This document shows positions 1-11,000 of a DNA stretch of 64,000 nucleotides, one piece after another (the first letter of the stretch is position 1; every line of letters begins with the position of its first letter). The notes below the pieces were generated by a model. The model was not told where the DNA came from. It was given only the letters and a program-made list of their open reading frames with translations, and ran no database searches. A program made the position numbers and the translations under genes. Origin of the DNA: Andalucia godoyi And28 (lineage: Eukaryota > Protista > Jakobida); the NCBI GenBank assembly GCA_009859145.1, contig VRVR01000045.1, forward strand, positions 96,049 through 160,048. Direction: 5' to 3'.

Positions 1-193
1 CTTACTGTACCGTACCCGCGAGAAAGGCCACTTGATGCACGACGGTGATCGATGCAACATTCGTTCACGTTCGTAATTCCCGCCACAAAACTCCCGACGC
101 TACGAAACCTCGATTGATGTTTTGTTGGCGGTTTCCAGTCCTGGAAAAAAGCTCATTCACCGTTTTGATTTCGACGTCTGTGTGCTAGGCTCC

Positions 194-412
194 ATGTCAA
201 TGTCCATGTCTTCCCATAACGACGACCTTTCAAAGAATCACTTATACAGCGAATTAGGCTTCCAGCTGTCTCGACTGAGCAATGCAATGGACTCTCTTGC
301 AGCAAACGTCGAGCATTCAAAAGGAATGACAGACGAGACGCTGTCGCTTGCTACTCGATTGACTGCTATGCTCTCTGCTTCCAAGTTTTCTGACCCCTCT
401 TCACGCCCGTGA
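194..412 (+). CDS. Small coiled-coil protein (72 aa), Hsk3-like DASH/Dam1 complex subunit candidate
   Basis: ATG at 194, TGA at 410-412. YSELGFQLSRLSNAM...LATRLTAMLSAS matches the spacing of the Hsk3 pattern (Y-x-x-L-x-x-QL-x-x-L ... L[GA]-x4-A-x3-A[AS]) as I recall it. Confidence 0.5.
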   Translation: MSMSMSSHNDDLSKNHLYSELGFQLSRLSNAMDSLAANVEHSKGMTDETLSLATRLTAMLSASKFSDPSSRP

Positions 413-413
413 T

Positions 414-490
414 TCTCTCTCTCTCTCTCTCTCTCTTTCTTTCTCTTTCTCTTTCTCTTTCTGTTTCGCTGTCTCTTTCTCTGTCTGTGT
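414..490. repeat. (CT)n / pyrimidine-rich microsatellite
   Basis: Direct reading: ctctctct...ttctctttctctttct immediately after the stop of the small ORF. Confidence 0.9.
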
Positions 491-855
491 GTGTGTTGCT
501 TTGTAAATACTCGTTTGCTTTGCTGCCTTTCTGCTCTTCGCTGTGTTATAAGCACTGCGACAGCGGCTTCCAATGAATTTTGTTTGGACGCAAGCTCCTT
601 GCAGACCGTCTAAAGAAAGAGACCAACTGCGAGAAACAAGAACGGTTGGCAGCTTTGTGTATCAACGTTGAATGTCAAACAAGCAACATCATTACCGGAA
701 GTTTGTTTATCTGTCTACAATTTCCCCATTCTTCACGTTTCTCCTCTTTCTATTATTCTTTTCGTTTGTCTGTGTTTTATAATCGAATCCTCAAGCAGCA
801 CCGCATCAAAGACAAAAACATCTCATGGCTCCAAAGAGGGATCGTCCCGACAAAC

Positions 856-1212
856 TCAAAGCGGCCACGCCAGAAGATACCCGAGGACCAAGAAACCCGC
901 TGATCCCCTCTCGTCGGAGGCGGAGAGCAACATATTTTTAAATTCACGGAGATGTGATCGATTGCGTTCGGAATGCGCCTTTCAAGTCAGAGAACAAGAG
1001 CGAGCAAAGGCAGAAGCGTCGTCAGGCGCAACGTGTCCCACCGACGACCACATTCTGTTTCCTCCAACATTCATTGTTGAATGTTGAATCGATTGGGGGG
1101 GGAGTATATTGGGTTGCGATGACCCTTTGATATAGAGTAAAAACAGCAACAAAATAACGTGTGGCTTGGATCTGTCTTCGGTGACAGTGAAGCCGATGAT
1201 TAATAATGATTC
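856..1212 (+). repeat. 357-bp repeat, copy 1 (inverted relative to 7587-7942)
   Basis: Hand alignment to the reverse complement of 7587-7942 gives 3 substitutions and a 1-bp indel in a G run. Confidence 0.95.
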
Positions 1213-1593
1213 CTGTTTGAGAATGTGATTCGTAGGATCGATTGCCATGCAACCCTGCAATAGTACCAATTAGGATCAATTAGTACTGATGCAGTATACC
1301 GCAGGCGTAAAAAATTTCGCAATACACCAACGCGATTTTTTTGTATTGGGGAGTCCTGTTTCAACGAATAAAAAACGCAACTGCTTCGGGTCGGAGGAAT
1401 TCTCTAATTTTTTTTCTTTTGCCATCCATTTTATTTTTCCTTCAATCGGTTTTTAATTCTACCTCTTTTTTCTTTTTCTTTTCCACCGGTCATCATCACT
1501 GTTATTTGTTGTTGTCATCATCATTGTTGTTGTTGATCTTTTTTTTTGGGGGGGGAGGAAAGATTATTACTCTTTTTTTTTGGTTGGACGTTT

Positions 1594-3138
1594 ATGTCGG
1601 AAACTGCGGCTGCAGTGCGTCAGCGGCGCCAATCTGTTGATTTTTTGATCAATTCCAACTTGGATGGCCCTCTTCATCCGGGCCCTACGAACTTGTTGCC
1701 TCATCTTTCCATTTCGACCACTCCGACATCTCACTATGCGCCTGCAGAGTCTCCCCGGAACGTCCGCGCTTCCCCCATTGTGGACATTCAAGGTCCGCGC
1801 TCCATTCATGTTCAGAACGTCCACCGGACGAGTCTTCCGGGAGTCCCGATGACTCTGACCAGTGGATATGTTCATCCATCTCCCCCAGTAACGTCTCATC
1901 CGATGCACCTTCACGGAGTGCGCTCGTCACCTTCTATGGGGTTTCCCAACAATTCGTACGGTATGAATCTTATGGTTACGGAAGACCAGTATCCTGGGAT
2001 GGCGTACCGCAGATCATCTGCGCCTGCTGATGTTTCCAACCTGAACATGCCTGGCTTTGCGAATTATCAATACTCGCATGGAAGCCCCTTGCAGCATCTT
2101 GTGGTTCATTCTCAGGGACCGCAAATCCCGCCTCCCAGCTATATGCCTGTTGTGTCGCCCCACGCGCGCTACTCGACCGGCCCTGTCACACAGTACGTGC
2201 CTGTATCCTCGAACGACCCGTCTTTTGGCAATAACGGTGTTGGTACGGGGACGCCGTTTATGTCGAGAAAGCGCGATTCAGTGACGTCGTCTCTTGGGAA
2301 TTTGAATATGGCTGAGTTTCCTTCTGGTGCTCCTGTCATTCTTCCACCACCGACTGCTCCGTCGACGGTCGCGAATGTCTCCTCTCCCGTTGCAAGCAAG
2401 GAGGTGCCGGTGAACCCGGATGGCAAACGTCGTCGGTCGGTCCCGTCGATTCCTTTGCAGTTTACCTCTCATCACATTGTTGTGCAGTCAGACGCCCAGG
2501 GGACAAGTCAGAATCAAGTGACGGACATCATCAGTGCCAAACTGAGTTCCGCTGCTCCTTTGCATCATGATCTTTATCCGGCAGATGCGAATCACCAAGT
2601 TGTGATGTCACAATCGCAATTGGCTGTGGAATTCGGTCTTATATCCAACGAGAAGAAGCTTCAACAGTTTCGTTACCGCGATTTCAAGCGCGCGGTGATG
2701 GACAGAGCGTCCGAACAGCATCGTGCGTTCATCGGACTGCATCCTGAGCACAACTTATTTACTTCACGATTACCCCACAAGATGTCGAAGAGACATTTTG
2801 CTTATCGTATCGCTTTGGTCATTTTCCACAGCATTCTAGCGTCCGGTGCGGTGCCTTCTTGTTGGAAGAGGTTGAAAAAGAGCGTCTTTTACGGAAACTT
2901 GCCTGAATTTGCCAACGAAATTCTCCCTGAAGTTGCTCTTCTCGCGTACTCCAGAATGCATTATGAGGGAATGACTCTCGCTTCAGCCATTTCGTATGCG
3001 CAGTCGCAACCTGTGCGCCCCCAACTCTCCAGCGTTCTTGAAACGAGTCCTTATGTATCCTCTGATTCCGAAAATGACAATCAAGGCGATGCTGACCAAG
3101 AGGATGATGAAGAAGAGGAGCCAGTGTCTAGTTCTTAG
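1594..3138 (+). CDS. Pro/Ser/His-rich protein with an unrecognised C-terminal basic domain (shared with 22920-25043) and an acidic tail; putative transcription regulator
   Basis: Long ORF, first ATG at 1594, TAG at 3136-3138. Low-complexity N-terminus, then LAVEFG...FRYRDFKR...RLPHKMSKRHFAYR...WK. Confidence 0.8.
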   Translation: MSETAAAVRQRRQSVDFLINSNLDGPLHPGPTNLLPHLSISTTPTSHYAPAESPRNVRASPIVDIQGPRSIHVQNVHRTSLPGVPMTLTSGYVHPSPPVTSHPMHLHGVRSSPSMGFPNNSYGMNLMVTEDQYPGMAYRRSSAPADVSNLNMPGFANYQYSHGSPLQHLVVHSQGPQIPPPSYMPVVSPHARYSTGPVTQYVPVSSNDPSFGNNGVGTGTPFMSRKRDSVTSSLGNLNMAEFPSGAPVILPPPTAPSTVANVSSPVASKEVPVNPDGKRRRSVPSIPLQFTSHHIVVQSDAQGTSQNQVTDIISAKLSSAAPLHHDLYPADANHQVVMSQSQLAVEFGLISNEKKLQQFRYRDFKRAVMDRASEQHRAFIGLHPEHNLFTSRLPHKMSKRHFAYRIALVIFHSILASGAVPSCWKRLKKSVFYGNLPEFANEILPEVALLAYSRMHYEGMTLASAISYAQSQPVRPQLSSVLETSPYVSSDSENDNQGDADQEDDEEEEPVSSS

Positions 3139-3669
3139 ATTTGCTCCTCAACGAATGTCGCCTTCAGAGATACTGTATTTTGTTGAATGGCTTTCGGAGA
3201 AATGTTGCTGTATCATTTTGGTACCAATTCGTGTATGTTTATTTTGGAAACCTGTGTATCATACGTCAAGCTGCAGAGATCAGTACTTTGTGGTTGACTC
3301 TGCGTATCGTGTATATGATGTGAAATTATTGTCTTTTACAACACTCAAAAAATCGACTTTATGATCCTTTTCAAACATCTCTGTTCGCGAGACTTTTGGA
3401 CGATCCATTTCTCCAGCACGTGAATTAACAGCACGCTCAAAAGAACAGAAAAAATCCACTCGTGAAAAAAGACTGGCGTCATGTTTTGCAAAGCACATCT
3501 GATCCTGTGTCGGACATTATTTTTGATTTTTCCGACAGCGCTCCGCAAGCCCAAAAAAATGAGACAGCAGAAAAACGTCCCGTGTCTTTTTCTGGACTTG
3601 CGAAGCAGTAACCCCAACGCCTGTTTTTTTTTTTCCTCTAAGCATTAAAGGAAGTAGTGTGTCTGGGAA

Positions 3670-5787
3670 ATGCGGTATTTTTTAGTTCTGCAGCTTTGCT
3701 TGTCCGGGGTCCTGTTCCTCGCTCATGGACTGAGTCCCCTTCGACCTCCTGCAGTGCCGCTCGTTGTCTCTGATCCTTTCGTTTCCATCTGGTCGACGAC
3801 TGACAATTTGTATGACAGCTGGCCGCAGCATTGGAGTGGCGCCACTACCGCGCTTACTGGACTGATTCGGATTGACGGCAGCCCGTTTCGGTTCATGGGA
3901 CCAGATGATGGGATCCTTCCAAATGCGACAATGCAGCAAACGAATGTTTCAGTGTTCCCGACTCGCACGGTGTATGAATTCCAGCGGAATGGTGTTGGGC
4001 TGACAGTCACGTTCAATACACCATCCATTATCAAGGGAAAATCTCTCGGTGACGACGCTGACATGTTGTCTCGAGGAGTGACCTATGTGGACTTTGAGAC
4101 AAAAACGCTTGACGGCGCACCGCACTCGGTGTCTTTGTATTTTGATATGACGTCTGAATTGGTTGTCAATGATGTTTCGACTCCGGTGGTTTGGAATCGC
4201 GTGGCATCATCTACTGTCTGCGGATTCACCAGCTTGAGAATGGGATCTGAGAAACAGCCTGTTCTTGACCAGGCCGGCGATGCCGTCCGAATTTCTTGGG
4301 GCTATGTATACTTGAGCACCACAAATGCTTCTGACGTAAGCTCTGTGTTTTCTGGTTCGGTGCTGTCTCGATCTGCTTTCGGACGCGATGGCAGCCTTCC
4401 TAAGGTGGACGACAATCGAATGCCACGTGCGTGTAGTGACAATTGGCCTGTAATGGCGTTGGTTTTCGGAAACATGGATGTGTCTGCCACTGTTTCACAG
4501 CAACGATGGATTATGCTAAACGTGGACGACCAGTTTTCCGTCAAGTACTTTGGACAGTTTTTGCCACCCTTCTGGAAATACTTGTTTGGAAATGTGGAAC
4601 GATTGATTTGCACTTCGATATCTGAACATGATCAGTTGCAGGTGCTTTCGAAGTCGTTTGATCTTTCGTTGCTTTCGAACTTGGAGAGCACTGGGGGCGC
4701 CTCGTATGCCACTCTCGGCGGCCTGACCTATCGGCAAGTGACAGGTGCAACAAAGCTTACATTCGACGCGGACTCGGGAAGAATCCGGTTTTTTATGAAG
4801 GAGATTTCTTCTGATGGTGATATCCAGACGGTCGATGTCATATATCCTGCATCACCATTCTTTTTGTATCTCAATCCCCAACTCCTAACTCTCCAGTTGC
4901 TTCCTATCTTTGAGTATGCGCTGAATATGACGTCGGACCCGTATCCTCTGGTTTGGGCTCCGCACCATCTTGGCACGTATCCGATTTGTGATATTCTCCC
5001 TTCGCAGCAAGAAAACATGCCTGTGGAGGAGACTGCGAATATGATTCTGATGTTGGCTGCCATCGCCCAGAAGGATTCGTATTCTGCGATGATGAGCATG
5101 CTACCTGAGGGCTCGTGGGGCATGATCGAACAGTGGGCACAGTATCTGTGGGAGAACACCCTCGATACCGAAAACCAACTTTGCACAGACGACTTTGAGG
5201 GCCCTTCAGCGCATAACGCAAATTTGGCTGCGAAAGGTATTGTTGCCATGGGTGCGTTTGCGTATCTGGCACATTTACGTGGCGATGACGTGCAGTCTCT
5301 GAAGTTTGTGAATATGGCACGTAATTACTCATCATTTTGGGAGAAGTATGCACTCGATTCGTCGTCTTCTGGACCGGCGCACTACAAGCTGCAGTATGAC
5401 AAACCAAATTCCTGGTCTTTGAAGTACAACCTCGCTTGGGATCTGGTCTTGGGCACCGCTATCTTCCGCCCAGAAGTGGTTTCCGCTGAACTGGACTATT
5501 ATTTCTCTCAACACACAACTCACTATGGGCTTCCTCTGGATGTCCGGTCTGATTATGCCAAGTTTGACTGGTGTTCCTGGGTAGCAGCTATGTCTCCCGA
5601 TCCAACAAAGTTCTCGAGTGTGATGGATTCGTTGCTGGCATATGCAAACGAGACGCCTTCCCGGGTACCCCTTTCGGACTGGTATTTTGCTCACACGTCG
5701 GTGTCTGTAGGATTCCGCTCTCGATCAGTTGTGGGAGGTTTATATCTGAAACAACTTGTCTCATCTGCTGTGGCCAATAATCGGTAA
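3670..5787 (+). CDS. Secreted GtaA/'glutaminase A'-like protein (DUF4965/DUF1793-type family)
   Basis: Signal peptide MRYFLVLQLCLSGVLFLAHG, then RPPAVPLVVSDPFVSIWS, KEISSDG...TVDVIYP, HHLGTYP, MPVEETANM, QLCTDDFEG, NLAAKGI, SLKYNL and YGLPLD, motifs typical of the GtaA family. Confidence 0.85.
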   Translation: MRYFLVLQLCLSGVLFLAHGLSPLRPPAVPLVVSDPFVSIWSTTDNLYDSWPQHWSGATTALTGLIRIDGSPFRFMGPDDGILPNATMQQTNVSVFPTRTVYEFQRNGVGLTVTFNTPSIIKGKSLGDDADMLSRGVTYVDFETKTLDGAPHSVSLYFDMTSELVVNDVSTPVVWNRVASSTVCGFTSLRMGSEKQPVLDQAGDAVRISWGYVYLSTTNASDVSSVFSGSVLSRSAFGRDGSLPKVDDNRMPRACSDNWPVMALVFGNMDVSATVSQQRWIMLNVDDQFSVKYFGQFLPPFWKYLFGNVERLICTSISEHDQLQVLSKSFDLSLLSNLESTGGASYATLGGLTYRQVTGATKLTFDADSGRIRFFMKEISSDGDIQTVDVIYPASPFFLYLNPQLLTLQLLPIFEYALNMTSDPYPLVWAPHHLGTYPICDILPSQQENMPVEETANMILMLAAIAQKDSYSAMMSMLPEGSWGMIEQWAQYLWENTLDTENQLCTDDFEGPSAHNANLAAKGIVAMGAFAYLAHLRGDDVQSLKFVNMARNYSSFWEKYALDSSSSGPAHYKLQYDKPNSWSLKYNLAWDLVLGTAIFRPEVVSAELDYYFSQHTTHYGLPLDVRSDYAKFDWCSWVAAMSPDPTKFSSVMDSLLAYANETPSRVPLSDWYFAHTSVSVGFRSRSVVGGLYLKQLVSSAVANNR

Positions 5788-7586
5788 AAATGATGGCGTT
5801 CGCCGCGTCGATCAACGCCTTTCGTACGCTTTCAGCAGGGCAAACGCTGGCATCTGATAGATCTTTAGACCAATGTCTGAAGCGTGGACGTTACAGCGGG
5901 CGTACGAAACTTTGTGTCCGCAAATATTTACTCTATTCCGTCTCATTCATGATAACAACAGTGAGTGATCGTTGCAGGAGGGCGTTGCAAAATCTCACTT
6001 CATAAGCATGGAAAGAGGGCACAAGCCGTTGCAGCAAATTGCGAAAATAATCCAACGCACGATTGACAGACAAAAACGGAAATACTCCAGAAATCGCAGT
6101 TTGAATCCCCGTAAAATCACAGTCAAGAGTTCCAGGATGGAATGCTACTAATCCTGGCATGAATACCATTTCCACGGCAAAAACCAGAGACACTGAAAAG
6201 AGCTGTCATAAATCGAAAACAGAAAGCAATCGGAAAGGAGAGATGTATCAGAAGAGATAAGCCAGAAAGAGATCGTCTGCATTTCCAGCGGGGGCGCAGA
6301 AAATAAATCGCAGATACAACGATTGTGCGTGTGTGTTGGTGGGGGGGGGGGGAAAGGTAGAGGGAGAATTCTTCTGATCATCCGAGTGTTGATTCTTACT
6401 GCGGAGTCCTTACCGACGGCAAGGTTGGAGGAAGCAATCTCTTCCCGGCTCTGCTGTGCTCACACATCTAACCGCACCGGCTGGAGGCTAGTGATGAAAA
6501 CAATGATGAATGTTTTGATGGGAAAGCAGCATTTTGAATAAAAGTCGTCGCTAAACTTCTATGCAGGTATTTCGGAGAAAGTGTTGCCGAAGCGCGACAA
6601 ACGTTGTGTGTCATTGACTACATTTCCGCACCCTTCAGTATTTTTACAAGATCCCCGCAGGCTGTTGAATCTCCGGGACGGAGTGATCATATGCCTCAGG
6701 TTCAACTCGGCTGAAGTCTAAACGTTGCGAAAGTTCATTTTGCCAGTCCGAGCTTCCTCCCCTGAAGCTGATAAGCGGACGAACAATGCCTATCTTAATT
6801 GCCCCATACTATACTTGCACAGATTGTTTTTCTGCTGTGAACTGCAGACAACTGTGTCTTTGCGGTGCCATTATATGCGGGCCCACGCTGAGGAGTGGAA
6901 TTGCTGCCCTGATTCCCACGCGCTCCAGACCGGTTTGACTAGCTTGACTGATTCGATCAACAGATGTGCTTTTTCTCAGTCTAATCGTTTAATGTTCTTC
7001 GTCGTTCTTTGTTCCACGACGCTATCTTATAAAGGAAATCGTCATTATCTCGAGATCAGCCTTCGCTCTATCCTGTCCTGTCTGATTCACAGCTGGCATC
7101 TCGCTTGACATTGAAGGCACGAAGCTGGCCTTTCCCACCAGCATGAAAAAAGGCCCATCCTTTGCTGTGTGCATTATATCATTTCCCCTCTGCATCAAAT
7201 CATCTACTTACAGGATGAGGAAGATGAAAGTTCTCAGTTGCTTTTTGCCACTGAAAGAACGGCTTCGGTACGGTCACATTGATTGGGTGGACAAAGGGGA
7301 TGTTCATGATGCATGCAATACACAAAGTATCCTCAATTCGCATGTTTTTATAATCTGATGTTTTACGCTTTGTTTGCGTTTTGTCTGGAAAAGGACTCTA
7401 GAATGCGCCTTGGCTTATCAGGTATCCACGCCACCTGCAGTCATTTTCTTCTCCGTTATCCACCCAGCTTGGTGCCTCTCGAGTTTCTGCCTTTCGCAGC
7501 AGCGATAGTAATTGGGATCCGATACCGCGAAGCAGTTCTACAGGAGGCTTTGGATGCGAATTCAATGCTGACGCTTACCAGAAGAT

Positions 7587-7942
7587 GAATCATTATTAAT
7601 CATCGGCTTCACTGTCACCGAAGACAGATCCAAGCCACACGTTACTCTGTTGCTGTTTTTACTCTATATCAAAGGGTCATCGCAACCCAACATACTCCCC
7701 CCCAATCGATTCAACATTCAACAATGAATGTTGGAGGAAACAGAATGTGGTCGTCGGTGGGACACGTTGCGCCTGACGACGCTTCTGCCTTTGCTCGCTC
7801 TTGTTCTCTGACTTGAAAGGCGCATTCCGAACGCAATCGATCACATCTCCGTGAATTTAAAAATATGTTGCTCTCCGCCTCCGACGAGAGGGGATCAGCG
7901 GGTTTCTTGGTCCTCGGGTATCTTCTGGCGTGGCCGCTTTGA
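7587..7942 (-). repeat. 356-bp repeat, copy 2 (inverted)
   Basis: Reverse complement of 856-1212, about 99% identical. Confidence 0.95.
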
Positions 7943-8082
7943 CGCGATTAGAACAGCTAAAAAGTAGCCAACGGAAGGCTGTTTTCCCCCCTTCTTATTT
8001 TTATCCGTCTTTTTGTCGTATCGAACTTTGACAAGTCTCCTTTCGGATTTCCGCTTCGGTACTTTATCTACATTAGAGAAAA

Positions 8083-11000
8083 TTACGAAAATTCTCCTTC
8101 ATAGATCTGTCCGTTTGCATATCTCATGCGGCCCCACTTTCGCTTGCCATGAGCAAACCGTCCTTCAAAGACATCTCCGCTCGCGTATGTTTGCCTTCCA
8201 TTACCGTCTCGCTGACCGTCCACGAAAGTCCCTTCATATACACTGTCGACCTGCGCGTCTTCGTGTCCAATCAATTCGCGGAGTGACTCGTTGTTGTGGC
8301 CAGGAATTCGGACGCCGAGTTGATACAGCCGCTCGAGGAAGGGCGACCGAGGCCATCGCCCAACTTTCAGGGTTCCATGGCCATTGTAGAGATTCTTCAA
8401 AAATGAACCAGTGAAGCATTCTCCCTTCGTGGCGTCCCAGAGCCATCCTTCACCTTGACGTTCTCCCGCGATCATAGGACCATAGTAAACTATTTTGGAG
8501 GACCACCAAAGCCCAGATCCATGAGGACGGAAAGCATCGTCGACTGGGCCATCCCAAACAACGTCTAGCATCAAAGGCTGAGGAGGCGCCATGGGTGCCA
8601 AAGAATCGTGGCGCGATGATCCTGGGGACGCTGGAGAGGGCTGTTCCAGCGCCACCGCAAACGACAAACGACCTTGTGTTGGCACGTCGGAAATCCATTC
8701 TCCAGAATATTGCTTCAAAATAACAGTAGCATCTGCAGCAGCAGCAGAAGAGGAAAACGACATGGTTCCGGATCCATGACGCAAGCCTGTGAAAAACTCT
8801 CCATTATACGATGACCCATCGCTCCACTGAACTGTCCCCGGACCATGGTACTTGTCCTCTCGGTAGTAACCAGCATGCAGAAGAATAGAATCGATCGCTC
8901 GAGGTGCCGTTCCCACAGTCACAGACACATGACCTGATCTGCCGAACGAGGAGGATCGAGAATAAGTCGTCGTTCCTTGTCCATGACGCAAACATTCCTT
9001 GAATTCCCCCTTGTAAGCAGCGTGCAGACATCGCAGTTCTCCGTGACCATCAATAAGACCATTTCGCATGCGGCCACAGAACGAAGCAGAAATGCCGCCA
9101 AACGAAGAATCATCACAATCCCACTCAAGAACAAACGTACGATGCAGCTGGCCTGCGACCGAGGCAGATCCCAGTGTAAAGGAAGAATTCGAAGCGAGCC
9201 TGACGTGCAGCGAAATATCAGGCTGCGTTCCATCTTCCAGCGATGCAGAAGACATGAACTGCGCAGACAAAAGAGAGGTACGAGGGATAGAACCGGGCCA
9301 CTCCACCACCAACGGCGTCTGAGGAACTCCTCCGGACCATTTTCCGGAAACAGTAATTCCAGATCGCTGAAACACCATGACACCATTTCCTTCACGTTCA
9401 TCTTCCAAAAATCCACCGTCGTATTCGATGATGTCGGGAGCCCCGGCCGACGAGCCAGTCGCACTTGTCACTCCCTCTAAAGAAGTCGCGACAATGACTT
9501 GCTTTCCGATGCCACTCTTTAACCCGTCAACAACAGATCCGACATATGTATCCTGGGTAGCGTACCGAATACTTGCTTTGGGACACGTCATTTGATCTCG
9601 CACAAATTCGCCTTCGTAAACATCTCCGGTCTCGTATGAAAACACACCCTTTCCCCATCTAAAACCCTCCTTAAATTCACCATCATACGTTCCAACGCCA
9701 GGAACGCAGAGCCTGCCATGGCCATTTCCTTTCCCGCGTTCGAAGGAACCGGTATACACAAGCTGTTTTGGTGGGCCGGTTTCGCCCGGCACAGGTTGCC
9801 GGTACTCCCCTCGACCCCATGCCACGCCATCGCGAAACTGGCCCTCATATTCTGACCCAGCAGGAGATATGTAGAAGATACGACCATAGCCGCACATCAT
9901 GTCCCCTGAAAAATCACCGCGATAAACATTGCCCAGCGGATCGGTGTACACCGCGCCTGACCCTTCTCTGACGTCGGCAACGAAAGGACCGTCATACAAT
10001 GCACCAGATGCATACTGGAGCACTCCGTGGCCATGCTTTCGTCCAAACAGGAACGCTCCTCGATACACATTCCCGACATCGTCAATAAGCTCCCCTTCTC
10101 CAGAAGGCAAATCATTCACCCACGGTCCAACGAAGGACACGGCAGCAGACAGGGAGATCCGCCCGAGGCCATATCTCGCACCTGCAGAAAAATCGCCTTG
10201 GTACACATCGCCGTTAGCATACTTGCGAACTCCTTTTCCATTCATTTCGCCTTTGGAGAACTCGCCTTGATATGAACCGCCACCTCGTTCGTCTGAGTGG
10301 TTCCAGAGAGTGCTCGCAGAGAATTCGGGGGGAAATTCACCAGATGCTGACGGCGCTTTCACCTCTAGATAATGAGCAGAGAAAGACAACATGCCTTGAC
10401 CATGCATATACTGATTGTCAAAGCCGCCTTCGTACGAATGTCCTCGTTCGATGAAAGAGATTTTTCCTTTCCCAGAACGCACACCTCGGGCATACGTCCC
10501 TTCGTAGATGGACACAAGACACTGATCGGAGACAGAAGCAAGAGATTGCGTCTCCGGTTGGCAGTAGTATCGAGTCTTGCACAGGCCATCGGGAAGACCG
10601 GAATCGAAGGCACCTCGTATCTCCTCCCAGAAACTCACATTCGGTTGATGCGCGTCTCGATTCGAGAAATACAACAGAATATCCACAACGGTAGGTGAAT
10701 AGACAGCTGCCAGCGATTGCCGACAAATTCCGCGACCGTGAGGACATCCGTTGTACCAAGAGCCCTCGTAATACTGAGAATCAAGTCGGAGAATGCCAAA
10801 CCCGCTGGGTAAATTTCTCTCACATTCGCCTTTGAACACCCAAGAACTGAGGGATATCCAGCCAAAAGAAGAAAGCTTTGAATTGGTCTCGTCGACTTGC
10901 AACTTTGTCCCAAAGATACCGTCCACTCTCTGCAGTTTCATGCAAGATGCAATCTGGGATCTTGTGACATTCACATCGACTGCAGTGTTGACCTCCACTT

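Noticed and set aside
856-7942. Autonomous TIR transposon or Maverick/Polinton
   Set aside because: No target-site duplication and no transposase, integrase or polB ORF between the repeats.
8068-8086. 19-nt mini-intron GTAATTTTCTCTAATGTAG at the end of the MORN gene
   Set aside because: Splicing gives TCA TAA, the same protein end, and it is far shorter than the verified introns.
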